Shown: positions 46,474 to 60,013 of the stretch, piece after piece | How positions within the stretch are numbered: position 1 is the stretch's first letter | How the letters are laid out: every line of letters starts with the position of its first letter | From: Macrostomum lignano | Lineage: Eukaryota | Length of the DNA stretch: 64,000 nucleotides | Direction of reading: 5' to 3' | NCBI GenBank assembly: GCA_002269645.1 | Contig: NIVC01000235.1 | Coordinates: forward strand, 65,050-129,049 | Position numbers and translations under genes: made by a program | Notes under the pieces: model-generated | The model's database searches: none | What the model saw: only the letters and a program-made list of their open reading frames with translations | What the model was told of the DNA's origin: nothing

Positions 46474-48138
46474 GTGACGTTTCTATTTAGGCCTAGTTTA
46501 CCTGATTAAATACGTTTTCTTTGTTGAACAGTTTTTGATGTTTTTCTACATAAAAAAAGAAAACTTACCCTTTGTTATTGCTTAAATTGCCGTTGCGTGT
46601 TAATGTCCAAAATTATACAATCCACAGTATACTCTGTGATACAATCTACCATCTATAGCCACAAAGAAAAAAAACGGACTCAACATATATGGATACATAT
46701 ATATGTACGTACGAAGCACAATATCGACACCTAGGTGTGAACTGACATGCACGAATTATCGCGTCGTCAGAAATGTCATATTTGAGATCTCATATATATT
46801 ATAAAGTTAATTCGCAAACCTAGCTGTACATGTAAATCTTGTATTAGCCAATTCTATACAATGTACTTTGATTTGAAATTTAATCATGTAATCATACGTA
46901 CACCTGTACACATACATGTATCAGCATAGCATTGCAGTAAAAAAGTGTGACAAAAATTATGAACATTATTCCGTAAAGTTTCGATTATTTCTGGATTATT
47001 TCGGATTTTATAAGTTAGAAAAATGGTCGATCATTGCTGCTCAATAAAAGTAAAACAAAAAACGATGATTACGATGGATCTACAACCGTTCTTTAAAAAT
47101 ACTTAATACTTTGAACGCTTAATAAACAATTCAGTAATCTTTTTAAAAAGAGTTCACCACAAAGGAAGTATATAGAGAAACGTTTACAATCACGTGCAAT
47201 GCTAAGAAAATTCAAATTGTTTTACTGTTTGTTTTCCTGCAAAAAGTTTGACCCATGATTTTAAATTACCATGCTGCCATATCAACTTCAAATCTTTAAT
47301 TTCAAATCTTGACTTTTTATTAAGATAGAATACACTTACACTTCCTTCACTTCCTTCACTTCCTTACACTTGCTTAATATTTAATATTTGGCGCAGAATC
47401 GTACCAGTTTGAATCGTTTGATAAGAATGAAAAGGATTTACATAGTTTAACACTACTAATATTAATAATACTAACTACTAGTTTTGTCTTTTAATCAATA
47501 GCTCTTGTTATATTAGTATTATCAAAAGCTGTAAGCTCTAGCTCTATTAGTATGGCGTAGTATAGAGCCTTGCCTAAAAATATGAGTTGCATATGGAAGC
47601 CTCACTAGTCTAGAAAAAGCATATTGACACTAAAGTCTAAAACTCTAAAGATCATTTATTATGATATCTATAGTTGTATAGATAAAGGTTATATGGTGAA
47701 TATATAGTACAGATTTCAACTAGAGATTTCAAATATACTTTTTTATATCTTCAAAGTTTGAACTTTTCATTTCTTTATAGTTTATTGATTATACCTGTAT
47801 GTATATATTAGCTAAAATAGATTTTTTTATTTATTGTCTCAATGTTAATATAATGTTGTCAGTATGCATGGAATGCATCAAGGATTTTATACAAAAAAAT
47901 TTTAGAGATTGGATCAGCAAAAAAGTTTTGGTTAAGTATGAAATTTTATAAATTTTCAAAGTTGGGCATTATCGTGATTATGAATGTAAAGTAAATTTCT
48001 CCTTCATTTACTATGCATATATGTATTATAAGCTTGTAATTTACAAGTGTAGAAAATACCAAAACAAGAAGACAAACCATTATATATTGAATAATAGATA
48101 TTCAGTAATGCTATCAAGTCAAGAAATGTATAATATAT

Positions 48139-49195
48139 TACAAGGGGTATTGCAAAAGTTTCTAGATTTCCTGTAGGCAAACTTTTTAATGCAATGATAA
48201 CAAGGGAAATTTCTGGGTAATATTCTAAAATGATTGGTCAAAAACAGTAAGGCAACACATTATTATGTTTTGTTAGTGTCAAGTGGAACAAAAAGCAATA
48301 ATCTAAAACACGTTGCAATCAATCAGTGTCCTTTCACTATAAATCATTATACCAAAGTTCCAGCTGCCATTGATCCCTACCAATCATTATCACTATCACT
48401 GATATTATTCTTTCTGTCTGGCCTAGCACTGTTGCACTCCATATATTCACCATTAAATGCTATATTTCTGTTTCTGATAGCATTCAATCAGATTATCAAA
48501 CCCAGCCTTCTAGAAGCTAGAGTCCAGCTAGTGCAGCAATGCATTAGCGGCATCAATGACCTCCTGACATGTTGTGAAAACTTGCCCACGCATTGGTAAC
48601 TTCATTGGACCGAAGAGATGGAAATTGGCAATCATGAGGTTGGGCCTATAGGCTGGGTGACTTAGCTGACAAAAGCCCAGCTCTTCTACCTTGGCGCGAG
48701 TGCAAGTAGCAGCATGCGGATGCACATTGTCCCAAAGGATAAATGGCTTCTGACGCATGATTTGGCACTTGGATAGAATGGCAGCACGCAGTTGCTTGAG
48801 CTGGTTAATCACATAGTTGGCATTGATTGTCTGGCCTTGCGGTAGGTAATCAATGAGTAACATGCCTTGCACATCAAACCACACTATGCACATGATGTTC
48901 TGGCTTCTGGGTCCAGGCTGACTTCATGGCCTCTGTGTGTGGTAGCCATCTCTTTGGCCCCCACTGCATTGACTGCTACTTTGTCAATGGATTAAACATT
49001 GGCAGCGGCGTCTCATTCATTGTGATTATAAGCTCCTTGAACTTCTTATCACCAAGCTCGTTCCATGCAGCCCAGTTGTCTGCCAAAAATTGCACCCATG
49101 CTTTTTGTGTTCTTCTGTCAGCTCTTGTGGCACCCACTTAGCACAAATCATTGACCAGCCGTGGCATTGGAGAATGCGACTCACAGACAAGTAGT
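48139..49195 (-). mobile_element. Decayed mariner (Tc1/mariner, Mos1-like) transposon
   Basis: CAKWVPQELTEEHKK, ITMNET (first D lost), WDNVHPH and HPAYRPNLMIANFHLF (YSPDLAPSD-like) motifs with stops; TIR-like TACAAGGGGTATTGCAAAAGTTTC at 48139. The other end was not found. Confidence 0.9.
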
Positions 49196-49424
49196 AAACG
49201 CCATATCAATAAATCAAATAAAAAAGTTATAATTTAAATAAAAGAGTAAGTAGAAATTCATAACCTTATGAATAGATTTCAAGAAAATCACTATTGTGAA
49301 GAAATGACTGTGAATTCATAAAATTGTAATCACAATTGTGATTAAACCCAACTTCTAAATTTTATCCTAGTATACACTAGGCCTTTTATAATCTAAACCA
49401 TAGTATAGACTATCATAGATTATT

Positions 49425-50116
49425 CAAGGACGACTTAAGTAGAAGGACGGGAAACCTCATTTCTTAGAAAAGTTTTGAAGGCACTTTTTCCCGAAAAAAT
49501 ACACTATAGAGATAGGAAGTTTTCATTTTTTCAGCACAAAAATTGTTATTGCGTTTGATAGGAGGCAGATCCTGTGTTCATCTTTTGATATGTTGTATTT
49601 TTTTGATCTATCAATATTTATAAAGCTTTTCGTTCAGAAAATTAGGATTCTATGTTAATTTTGTATTCTACGTATATTTTTGCGTGTCTTGTGCTTGAAA
49701 TACATTAGAATGCCACAGCTCGGCTCTTTAGCTTCATGAGTCTATTTTATCATTCTTACCCGACTGTGTAGCAAATATTTGTAACAGAGATGATAAAATA
49801 GGTTCATAAAACCAAATATTGGAGCTGTGTCATGCATTTTTGTGATTTTTAGATACAGGAAATATACATAGAATAAGAAATTAACATAGAATCCTAATTT
49901 TCTGAACGAAAAGCTTTATAAATATCAATAGATCAAAAAAAATACAACATATCAAAAGATGAACACAGGATCTGCCTCCTATCAAACGCAATAACAATTT
50001 TTGTGCTGAAAAACTGAAAACTTCCTATCTCCGTAGTGTATTTTTTTCGGGAAAAAGTGCCTTCAAAACTTTTCTAAGAAACGAGGTTTCCCGTCCTTCT
50101 ACTTAAGTTGTCCTTG
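49425..50116. mobile_element. MITE with about 250-bp TIRs and 8-bp TSD (hAT or P superfamily)
   Basis: Ends CAAGGAC...GTCCTTG, flanked on both sides by AGATTATT (49417-49424 and 50117-50124). Confidence 0.92.
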
Positions 50117-52451
50117 AGATTATTATGTCTATAAATGTAAACTGATTTACTTATTCACAAAAAATATTCACTAATTATATTTGTTTTTCATTAGTTATTT
50201 GAATTTATAAAAGACCTTTGTCACTAAAATAGCCAAAAATTGTCTAAAAATAGATTTGATATAAATATCAATATGTACTAGAGAATAGATCATGGTAGTT
50301 AGGACTTGAATAGTCTAGGAAATGACTACAATTATTGACTAGCAAGTGGACCAAGGATTATTGGACATGTAATCTAGGATATTGATATATGTATATAGAC
50401 AATAAAATAGAGCATGGCATATTTATATTGCATATTTAATTATAAAAATATTGGTATAATCGGTTAATATACTATTTCTATGTTGTTTCCTAGCCTGCAT
50501 TTGATTGTATCTAAGCTTTTAGTTTCAATCAATCAAGGCCATATTGTAGTTGCAAAAGTTGATTAGAAAACATATATTCATATCTTTGTTATTATCATAC
50601 CTATAGACAAATTTGCAGATCTAATAATAGCTTTTGCTTTATTTTCTTTTGTGCATCCTAGCTTTGCTATAGCTTTGTGCTCTTCATGCTCTTATGATTC
50701 TTTATGCTTTTGCAGTTTTTGGCCTTGTATTTGACTTACAACTTGAGGCTCTCCACTGTTTACCCCTCCTTAACCTACAATCTTAGAAAGTGACATTGGT
50801 TAGGGCCCATTTTGGATACCGTTTTTGTTCTACATTGTGCCAGATTGTCAGTTGTTGCTCCTGGGATAAGTAGTGCTAGAGGCTTGTTGAATAGACTCTA
50901 TGGTATTGATCTCATTGACAGCATTGAAGACCTGCCCCAACAAAGTGACCAAGACATCTATACTAGCATTTGTAATGCAGGCAGTTGCCATTTAAATCCT
51001 ATATGGAGATATGAAAGATCTGTAAGATTGTCATGCTGATTCTGGGCACTGCAGTCTTCAATCTGCTGGTTAAAATATATGGCTTGTTTAAAATTATTAG
51101 TAAACTTTAACAATTTTTAATACTTTAGTTATTTATAATGCAAGTTTTAATTAGAATTTGATTATTTATGACATGTGTTTTTATTAGCTTGTTTTACCCT
51201 ATAAAGTGTTGATGATGTTTGCTAACAAAGGCATATCCATTTCTTGCTTTAAACTATCAACAGTTGTGTTTTTAGAATTGAAGGTACATGGAATTCTAGT
51301 TCAATGTTAGATAAAATTAGAATCTTAGAATCCAATGTAAAACATTGAGAGTTGAGAATAATTACTAGAGCATTCCAGATTGAATTCTATTAACTGTAAA
51401 GCATACAGTGCTGTCTGTAGCTGACCCTATTTGACTTGCTTCTTGAGACAAAACAGTGCTTAGCTTGACTCCTGCTCATAGAAATGAGTGACAGCAAATA
51501 TAGAAGAATAGCCGCCACCCTTTGCTGCTTCCTTCTGCTCCGGCTTGCCACTTGAACTGGTCGTTGTGCTGTCCCCTGTCCCTGTCTGTGCAAACACGGC
51601 TTGGCCTTCCATTTTCAGCCGGCAGTATAAGTAGCGAGTACTTGCTGCTCCTTTCCTGCTTCTTTGTGACTGCCGTGGCAGGGGCAACACAGTTGCTAGA
51701 AAAGGCAGAAGACGCCAAGGACGGAAATGGCGGGCTAGCTAAGGAGAGAAACTGGTCAAGCTTGGCTTCGACTGGACACTGCTGCAATATTTGAGTCCCC
51801 ATTTCCATTCTTGTCTGCCGCATTCCGTTCCGGGCTGCGTGGGCGGGCTGAAGCCAAGCCAGGTCAGGCAGAATTCCAGCATTTTCCCCGGCAAGACTGC
51901 CAGAACCTCCTACGATATATTTATATCGGTCTTCCTCATCATAGCCGGAATATGGCATTTGCTCATGCGTTTTGTTCAGAATCTAGTATAGGGCTCTTGG
52001 CCACTCTCCTTTAGCCTTGGTTGATGCCTGTGTGAGATGCTGCGCCATGTCTGTTACTGCCGCTTCCGCTGCTGGCCTACTCTAAAGGATGCTATTTTTA
52101 GAAGCAACTGTGTTTATTTGGAATTGGAGATTCAGTGCTTCAATCAAGCCTAAAAAATTCTACTGAAGCCTTGTCGCTACAATAAAGCAGCGATTTTTTC
52201 CATTGACAGGCTTCTTGAAGTTGTTTTCGTTGGAAATTTGCTGCGCGCAATTAAAAGACTAATTTTCATTGCTAGGTGCTTCGGCAAAAAAATAGAAAAT
52301 CTGAACAAAATCGGTCACCTTAAGGCATTGCGGTTCGGTGCTCCTTGTGCCCTCTATTTGAACCCCACTTTGTCTAGTACGCTCGTAATAGTGCAATCAG
52401 TGCAGTATTCTGGCAGTGTAAATTGAAGCATTGAAATTGAAGCAAGGTAAA

Positions 52452-53104
52452 ATATCAGCTGCAGCAGCCACCCAGCACTCAGAATGCCACAGTTCCCAAT
52501 ATCAGCTGCAGCAGCCACCCAGCACTCAGAATGCCACAGTCCCCAATATCAGCTGCAGCAGCCACCCAGCACTCAGAATGCCACAGTCCCCAATATCAGC
52601 TGCAGCAGCCACCCAGCACTCAGAATGCCACAGTCCCCAATATCAGCTGCAGCAGCCACCCAGCACTCAGAATGCCACAGTCCCCAATATCAGCTGCAGC
52701 AGTCACCCAGCACTCAAGATGCCACAGTCCCCAATATCAGCTGCAGCAGCCACCCAGCACTCAGAATGCCACAGTTCCCAATATCAGCTGCAGCAGCCAC
52801 CCAGCACTCAGAATGCCACAGTTCCCAATATCAGCTGCAGCAGCCACCCAGCACTCAGAATGCCACAGTTCCCAATATCAGCTGCAGCAGCCACCCAGCA
52901 CTCAAGATGCCACAGTCCCCAATATCAGCTGCAGCAGCCACCCAGCACTCAGAATGCCACAGTCCCCAATATCAGCTGCAGCAGCCACCCAGCACTCAGA
53001 ATGCCACAGTCCCCAATATCAGCTGCAGCAGCCACCCAGCACTCAGAATGCCACAGTCCCCAATATCAGCTGCAGCAGTCACCCAGCACTCAGAATGCCA
53101 CAGT
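52452..53104. repeat. 47-bp minisatellite (CAGCTGCAGCAGCCACCCAGCACTCAGAATGCCACAGTCCCCAATAT)n, about 14 copies
   Basis: Tandem units; length not a multiple of 3, so ORFs cycle through all frames. Confidence 0.97.
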
Positions 53105-53231
53105 CAATGACAGATGCCAATTACGTTAAGCAAATAAACATTGCAGCCCAGTATCAGGGTGTGACGTCACTTGGGCTGTTTCGCAACCCAGAGCGAGCAG
53201 CCAGCAGCCTCCCAGCTCAGAGACTCCCGAG

Positions 53232-53502
53232 ATGAAGAAGCTGCGCCGCCAGCTGTCCGGCTTGGCGAAGCGGCGCCATGCGCCCAGCTTGTCGGCGCTG
53301 TCCGAGACAGACGCCGGGGACTCTGCCGTCTTCCAGCATCAGCAGCAGCTGCATCATCAGCAGCAGCATTATCCGCGCTCGGCTTCCGCCATCTCTCCAT
53401 CCTCGGACTCGGCGGGTTCGCTGGCTCCAGAGGAGCGGGCGAGGTCGCGGACCTGCACAGATTTGGAGCAAATCTACGCCATGCCTTCTGGCGCCGCCGT
53501 CT
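53232..53502 (+). CDS. 5' coding exon of an unidentified gene (MKKLRRQLSGLAKRRHAPSLS...MPSGAAV)
   Basis: GC-rich Q/H/S-rich frame ending at a strong donor T|GTGAGT; open back to an acceptor at 53147. Downstream exons uncertain. Confidence 0.6.
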
Positions 53503-56139
53503 GTGAGTCCCAGATTGCTCGTTGCTGATATGCTAATTAGATGACGAGGCTTTTACTATCTAGGTACAGTCATAGTTACTCTGACTGTTTTTCCTGGACT
53601 AGGATTTTTTAGCTAACTTTTTGAGTTTCCGGTTTGAGATGCTTTGCCTAAACCGGGTGCATCCGCAAGTCCCTGCAATTCCGCCTGCACCTGCGGGCGG
53701 GTAGTGACGCAGCTCAGTCTGGGGGTTTTCATATTTTTCAGATTTGCTCCAACCCTCTCGTCCCCTCAGTCTGCAAGTTTTTTAGCCGGTATTTCCCCGG
53801 GGACCGGGCGGACGGGGGGATGCCTTCCATTCGCCTGATTGACTTTCACCCTTTTTGCCTATCTGCGTAGATTTTCGATTTTTTTCAATGAGCTCCCCCT
53901 CGGCTCACCCTAGCTGAAGTTTGTCTCCAAATAATCCCGCGCTTTTACCGCGTTTTAAAAGCAGCCGCTGGCGTAAAAAAGTAGGGAAGCCGGTTCTTTT
54001 GCCGGGCCTGCGCACTCTTTCCAGTCTTGCCAGGCATTTGTGCCTGCTTTAAAGAAGAGTCCAGCTTTAGTCCTGCCGGAGCTCGCCTCGAGTTTCTTTT
54101 ATCATCCGGGGATCATGCTAGCTAAATGAAATCTGATCCTCGCGCCAGTCTCTGCTTGTGTTGAGCTGAGCAGCTTTGAGCTGTGCAGTCACGAAACGGA
54201 TATTGTAGATAGGCCTGCTTGTTAGGCACCTGTCTATTAGCTCACTGGCCGCGGGATGACTGATGCGCCCTAATCCCAAGCTTTTAGCCTAAAGCTTTTC
54301 GCATCCTTTGCCTCGCCAGAGCAAGTGTACTGAGCGATTCCTCGTGTCGCTCTTTAGGCCTACTTTAGTTCTCTTCTGCGCTGTTTGCGACTTATTGGTA
54401 CAAAGTTCTTCGCCTCCTCCTAACTACTAATTGCCTGGCCAGCAGTTGCCATGGCCTGCGCGACAACCAGAAGGAACCATTGATTAGCGGGCAGATGGGA
54501 ACTGAAGCCGGCTTTGGATCCCGAGCGGACTACTATTGATTTCCTTGGCAGTCTCGGCTTAGTTGGATTAGTCTGGGCCACAGAGTCTGCCAGGACATGG
54601 CCAGGGCGGGGCCGGCCGCACTGTTCGATACAGCCGTTCAAAAGTGTCTCCGCATGGGGATAAATCTCCAGTCGATTCCCGTCGCTTCTGCTTGGCCAGC
54701 CTTCGCGTTATTTTTATTCATACCCTCGCCACAGCCATCCCCAGCCTCGTGAGCGATGGGATGGGGGAAGCTTTTCTCGAGTGGGCTTTTGGATATAGAG
54801 TTGGGAATTTATGCTGGGAAGCGGGGGGGGAGTTGATCCACTTCAATTTTTCCTCTCGGTGGACTCGGCGCTGTAATTTCTGAATTTCTCAGCCGGTCAG
54901 CCAGTCGGACCAGCTCGCACTTTTCAGTGAACCCGCTCCGAGATTAGGCGGGCTCGATGGCTCCTCGGGTTGACCAAAGCTTGGAGAAAAAATTGTGAAT
55001 GAAAACAACAGGCGCTCTCGGCGGAGACTGCCCGCCGCTTCGTGACAGAAATGCGCAAATTGAGTGACTGACAGACTGCGGGCTACGGCCCGAGAGCTGT
55101 CCGCTCCGTCCTGATTAACCATAAATTAAAAAACCCCGAGAAATGCACTCATTATTAACAAAACTATTGAGCGTTGGCGCGTGTTCAAACAGATATTTAC
55201 TGACTTATTTTATCGTTGCGGCGCTTTTGGCACTGCCGCAAGACAAGGCCACAGTTGGTCTCTTCTTGTGTGTGCTGATTGCTCAATCCGTGTGTGCACT
55301 GACCCCCCTCCACGAATTATTGTGGGCGTGCGCGGACCCAAACCTGGGGAATTTGGGGCAAAAGCCAGGTACAGACACGGCGCCTCTTCGCTGCTCATGC
55401 CCCAGTCAGATTTGCACTTATATGTTCATAGTGCTTTTGCAAAGAAAGGGGGGTCTTACCCCCATCGAACCCGGGACTCTTATTTGTTACAAGTACATTC
55501 GGTTATCATTAGAGCGCGGGATTAGCACTTGTCCTTGTGGCGATCCTTCAGAGAGATCCGCGGCCGATGGAGGCGGAGCGGAAGAAAACAAGAAAAGGAA
55601 AGCGAAATAGGAGACTGGTGGAATTTATTTAGGGAATCGAAAATCGAAATTTTGTAGCCTTCTAATCCGGTTTCTGATGTTTTGTCTCATTTTGTGTCCC
55701 CCTGACCAGCATCTCCCTTCTTCATCAGTGCGCGGTGCACTTTTAAAATTATGCAACGCTTCAGCCTCCGTATTGTCCATTTGCAACCCAGCGGGTTGGC
55801 GATTGAATGGACACGAGAATCGCATTTAGGCGTATCCGCTTGCTGTGCGGAGCGAAGGGAAAGGCTCGTATATATGCGATTGTGCCCTCCATTGCCTAGA
55901 GACACAAGTATTTTTGACTCCGGCTAAGTAGCCGGCTGCCGAACTGAAGGTCGTCGCATCTGCGGGCTCGCCTCGTTTTTGACTATCGGGTCGTGTGAGT
56001 AGCTGCTCTCGGCGCGGGCTTTTTGCTGCTGCTGGCAAATGCAAGACCATAAAAGGCCCTGCATTTCATCTGTCTTCTCCCCCTCTCTCCCTGTCTCCCT
56101 CTCCTGCTCTCCATGTCCCCTCCTGCTCATCCCACCCTC

Positions 56140-56640
56140 TCCTGCTCTCACTGTCTCCCTCTCCGTCTCTCTCCCTCTCCGTCTCCCTCTCCGTCTCCCT
56201 CTCCGTCTCCCTCTCCGTCTCTCTCCCTCTCCGTCTCCCTCTCCGTCTTCCTCTCCGTCTCTCTCCCTCTCCGTCTCTCTCCCTCTCCGTCTCCCTCTTC
56301 GTCTCTCTCCCTCTCGGTCTCCCTCTCCGTCTCCCTCTCCGTCTCTCTCCCTCTCCGTCTCCCTCCCTCTCCGTCTCCCTCTCCGTCTCCCTCCCTCTCC
56401 GTCTCCCTCTCCGTCTCTCTCCCTCTCCGTCTCCCTCTCCGTCTCTCTCCCTCTCCGTCTCCCTCTTCGTCTCTCTCCCTCTCGGTCTCCCTCTCCGTCT
56501 CCCTCTCCGTCTCTCTCCCTCTCCGTCTCCCTCCCTCTCCGTCTCCCTCTCCGTCTCCCTCTCCGTCTCTCTCCCTCTCCGTCTCCCTCTCCGTCTCCCT
56601 CTCCGTCTCTCTCCCTCTCCGTCTCCCTCTCTGTCTCCCT
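56140..56640. repeat. Polypyrimidine 12/14-bp repeat (CTCTCCGTCTCC)n
   Basis: Near-pure pyrimidine tract with periodic G. Confidence 0.95.
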
Positions 56641-57419
56641 CTCTTCTCTCCCTCTCGTGCTCTTTACCTCTCCTCTCCCTTTTGCTCTCCTCCCCCTCTC
56701 CACCTCCACTGTCCCCCTCCACTCCTCTCCGACATCCCACCCCCAGGAAAGAAATCCTTTCCTTAATTTTTGAATCTCATTTTAACCTTCATTACTTCTT
56801 CCCTTAAATCTCAAATAACAAAAGTAAACTACGCAACATATCGGTACCAAGGTATAGCTCTGCTTTACTGACTTATCAAATTGACTTGAAACTTCTGCAA
56901 TATCAGTTAGATATAAATAGTTTACTCCAAGCCTTCAACTTCGAGACTAGTCCAAAGAAACTCTGCGCTTTGGTTAACAGGAATTTCACCTGCCTTCAAA
57001 GCTGGCTAATTATATCAATTCTGCTGGCCAACTTCAACCTGCGGCTTTTGGAATTCGCTAATAGCCTAGGCCTCTCTTTGGCAGGCTTTTCAACTAGCAA
57101 TCTTTCAACTAAAAGAGGGAATGTCTTAACCGTTTTGTTTGGGCAGCATAAATTCACTTTCCGTTCTCTGCTCTGTCCGCCCCTTTCGCCTTCTCTTTTT
57201 TTGCGCAAAGCGTCACTTGGTGCAGCAGCAGCAGCAATAACAACTTTGCACTTTATCTGGGCACAAGAAGGCGAGGCCGCACCTGCCTGCCTGCCCTCCT
57301 AGTTTTAAATTTTATGTACGACAGCAGATGGCTATAAATATTGGCAACCTCAAGCAGCAGCTAATTTCGTATCAGAGTTTAATCAGGGTGTGCAACACAG
57401 GCGCCAAAATACATGGCGG

Positions 57420-57573
57420 CTGATTCTGTACATCGGAATCCTGTCCAGTGTCCACCCCCTGATTCGGCTCAGCTATTATTCTGTCCATCAGAATCCTGTC
57501 CATTCCCTGATGCAGCTCAGCTATGATTCTGTCCATCGGAATCCTGTCCATTCCTTGATGCGGCTCGGCTATC
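57420..57573 (+). repeat. Three diverged 48-bp units
   Basis: (G/T)ATTCTGTCCATCGGAATCCTGTCCATTCCCTGATGCAGCTCAGCTAT-like units. Confidence 0.8.
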
Positions 57574-59273
57574 CTTAAATAGCCCATGGACTGATGAGAC
57601 TTAGTTCGAGCTTAAGTAGCACAATAATAATTCCAGTAAGAAATAATATTGACTATAGCTTATATCTGCTCAAATTCCGAAATCCCTGCTTAGTAAAATC
57701 TTTTACTTAATACCCAAGTGAAATTGGTTTCCCAGCCTCTCTGCTGCCTCTCCCATCTCCCCTTTTCTTTCCTTTCCACACGTCCTTCCTGTGTGCCCGC
57801 AAGTTTTAGTTTAGCTGACTGACGGACTCGAGAGTCAATTTTGCGAATAGATAAGCACCATAATATTTACTTATTGTTCGCTCGAAATTGCTCTCGCGAT
57901 TGGAATTTTTAATTTCATTTATGCTCTCTGATTTTTGCTTGTCAGCAGTGCTTAGCGATGTAACGATTTGCACTGATTTAAAGATTTTTTTCATAAAAGA
58001 TACGTACGTGTATTATTAGTTCTACTGATTTAAGTAGCTACATGCGTGTATTATTTAACTTAACAAACAATAGTCCTAATTTTGGTTATTTAATGTTGAA
58101 AATCACAACCGTGCTACTCGTTGCAAGTAGAAACTAACGCGTATTTTCTGATCTATATAGTTCTGAGAGCAGGTTGCTCACCAGCTATTTCAAGGACTAA
58201 GTACCCAGTTTGCTTGGTGTGTATGCGTGAAACCGGGTGAATTTGCTTTCAAACCAACAAGTTGCTTCACTAATTTACAGCGCGGTGTGGTTCGCAGCAC
58301 TTTTTTTACTTTTACTTACCAGTGTAAGTAGTTTATTTTGCCAGTTTAGTTTTATGACTTTGTACTCGTAGCTCTCTATTGCATTTTGTCACCTATCACC
58401 GACCCCATTTTCTCTGACCCCCTTCGCGCGCTGATTGGCTGCTGAGTTTCATTTAGAAGTTTGCATCTTTCTGACGCCAGCCCCAGGCTGTATCATTTCA
58501 TTACATTAATAGTTATAAGCTGAATATTAATTAAATTAATTACAAGTCCTGTAACGCAAAGTATGAGCTGCCTTAGAGGAAAGTTTTAGACCTGTGCCCA
58601 GGAAATCTTGTACTCTCAGGACTAGGGGCTTGCAACTGTCAGAAATCCGGTAGCTGCTGACTGTCCTCAGCCTCTCTTTTCTCCCCAACTCGGTCACTGC
58701 TTCCTGCTGTGTCCCTCGGCTCTGCGCCCGCCCCTTTGCCCTTCTAGTTCTTCACCCACCACTTAATTAGTTGCCAACCAGCGCGAAAAAGCTGCAACGC
58801 CTAAAAAAAAGATGAAGATCTCCATCTTTGCCCAGCCTTCTCCTGCCGTTCCCCTGGTGGTCGGGTTGTATTTCCGAAAAAATGGTATCCAGTCAAACGT
58901 TCGTAGCCATTCCCAAAGTTATGGGGCATGGCATGCGCCCGCTATTAACATTCTGTCGGTCTTCTTGTCTGTCTCTCTGGCCGTCGGTCTGTCCGGCACC
59001 CCCGCTTGCTTCCCCGTTTGGCCGCCCCGCCTACTGCAGTTTCCATGTTGTAAAAAAGTTCGAAGGCGACAACACGTTGGAAAACAGTTCAATTGTAAAC
59101 TGCTGCCTTGGGGCTGCGTCTTCTTTTATCTCTCTCTCGTCCGTGGCAAACACAGCATTTTCGAATCTTCTCCGTTGGCCCAGACGTCCCAAGCTCGATT
59201 CCAGGGGTGTGGCCTAGAATCCTGGCCGCTTAAATCTTAATCTGCCTCCTCTCAACTCGTTTAGCTGTCTGAT

Positions 59274-60013
59274 ACTATTGATACTAGTCTGATACTAGTC
59301 TGATACTAGTCTGATACTAGTGTGATGCTAGTCTGATACTAGTCTGATACTAGTCTGATACTAGTCTGATACTAGTCTGATGCTAGTCTGATACTAGTCT
59401 GATGCTAGTCTGATGCTAGTCTGATGCTAGTCTGATACTAGTCTGATACTAGTCTGATACTAGTCTGATACTAGTCTGATACTAGTCTGATACTAGTCTG
59501 ATACTAGTCTGATGCTAGTCTGATGCTAGTCTGATGCTAGTCTGATACTAGTCTGATACTAGTCTGATGCTAGTCTGATACTAGTCTGATACTAGTCTGA
59601 TGCTAGTCTGATACTAGTCTGATGCTAGTCTGATGCTAGTCTGATACTAGTCTGATACTAGTCTGATACTAGTCTGATACTAGTCTGATGCTAGTCTGAT
59701 ACTAGTCTGATGCTAGTCTGATGCTAGTCTGATGCTAGTCTGATGCTAGTCTGATACTAGTCTGATACTAGTCTGATGCTAGTCTGATACTAGTCTGATA
59801 CTAGTCTGATGCTAGTCTGATACTAGTCTGATGCTAGTCTGATGCTAGTCTGATACTAGTCTGATACTAGTCTGATACTAGTCTGATGCTAGTCTGATGC
59901 TAGTCTGATACTAGTCTGATGCTAGTCTGATACTAGTCTGATGCTAGTCTGATACTAGTCTGATGCTAGTCTGATACTAGTCTGATGCTAGTCTGATGCT
60001 AGTCTGATACTAG
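59274..60013. repeat. 11-bp minisatellite (CTAGTCTGATA / CTAGTCTGATG)n, about 67 copies
   Basis: Tandem units with a binary A/G variant. Confidence 0.97.

Noticed and set aside
52431-53129. Mucin-like or Q-rich 208-234-aa ORFs
   Set aside because: A 47-bp unit cycles through all three frames; repeat artefact.
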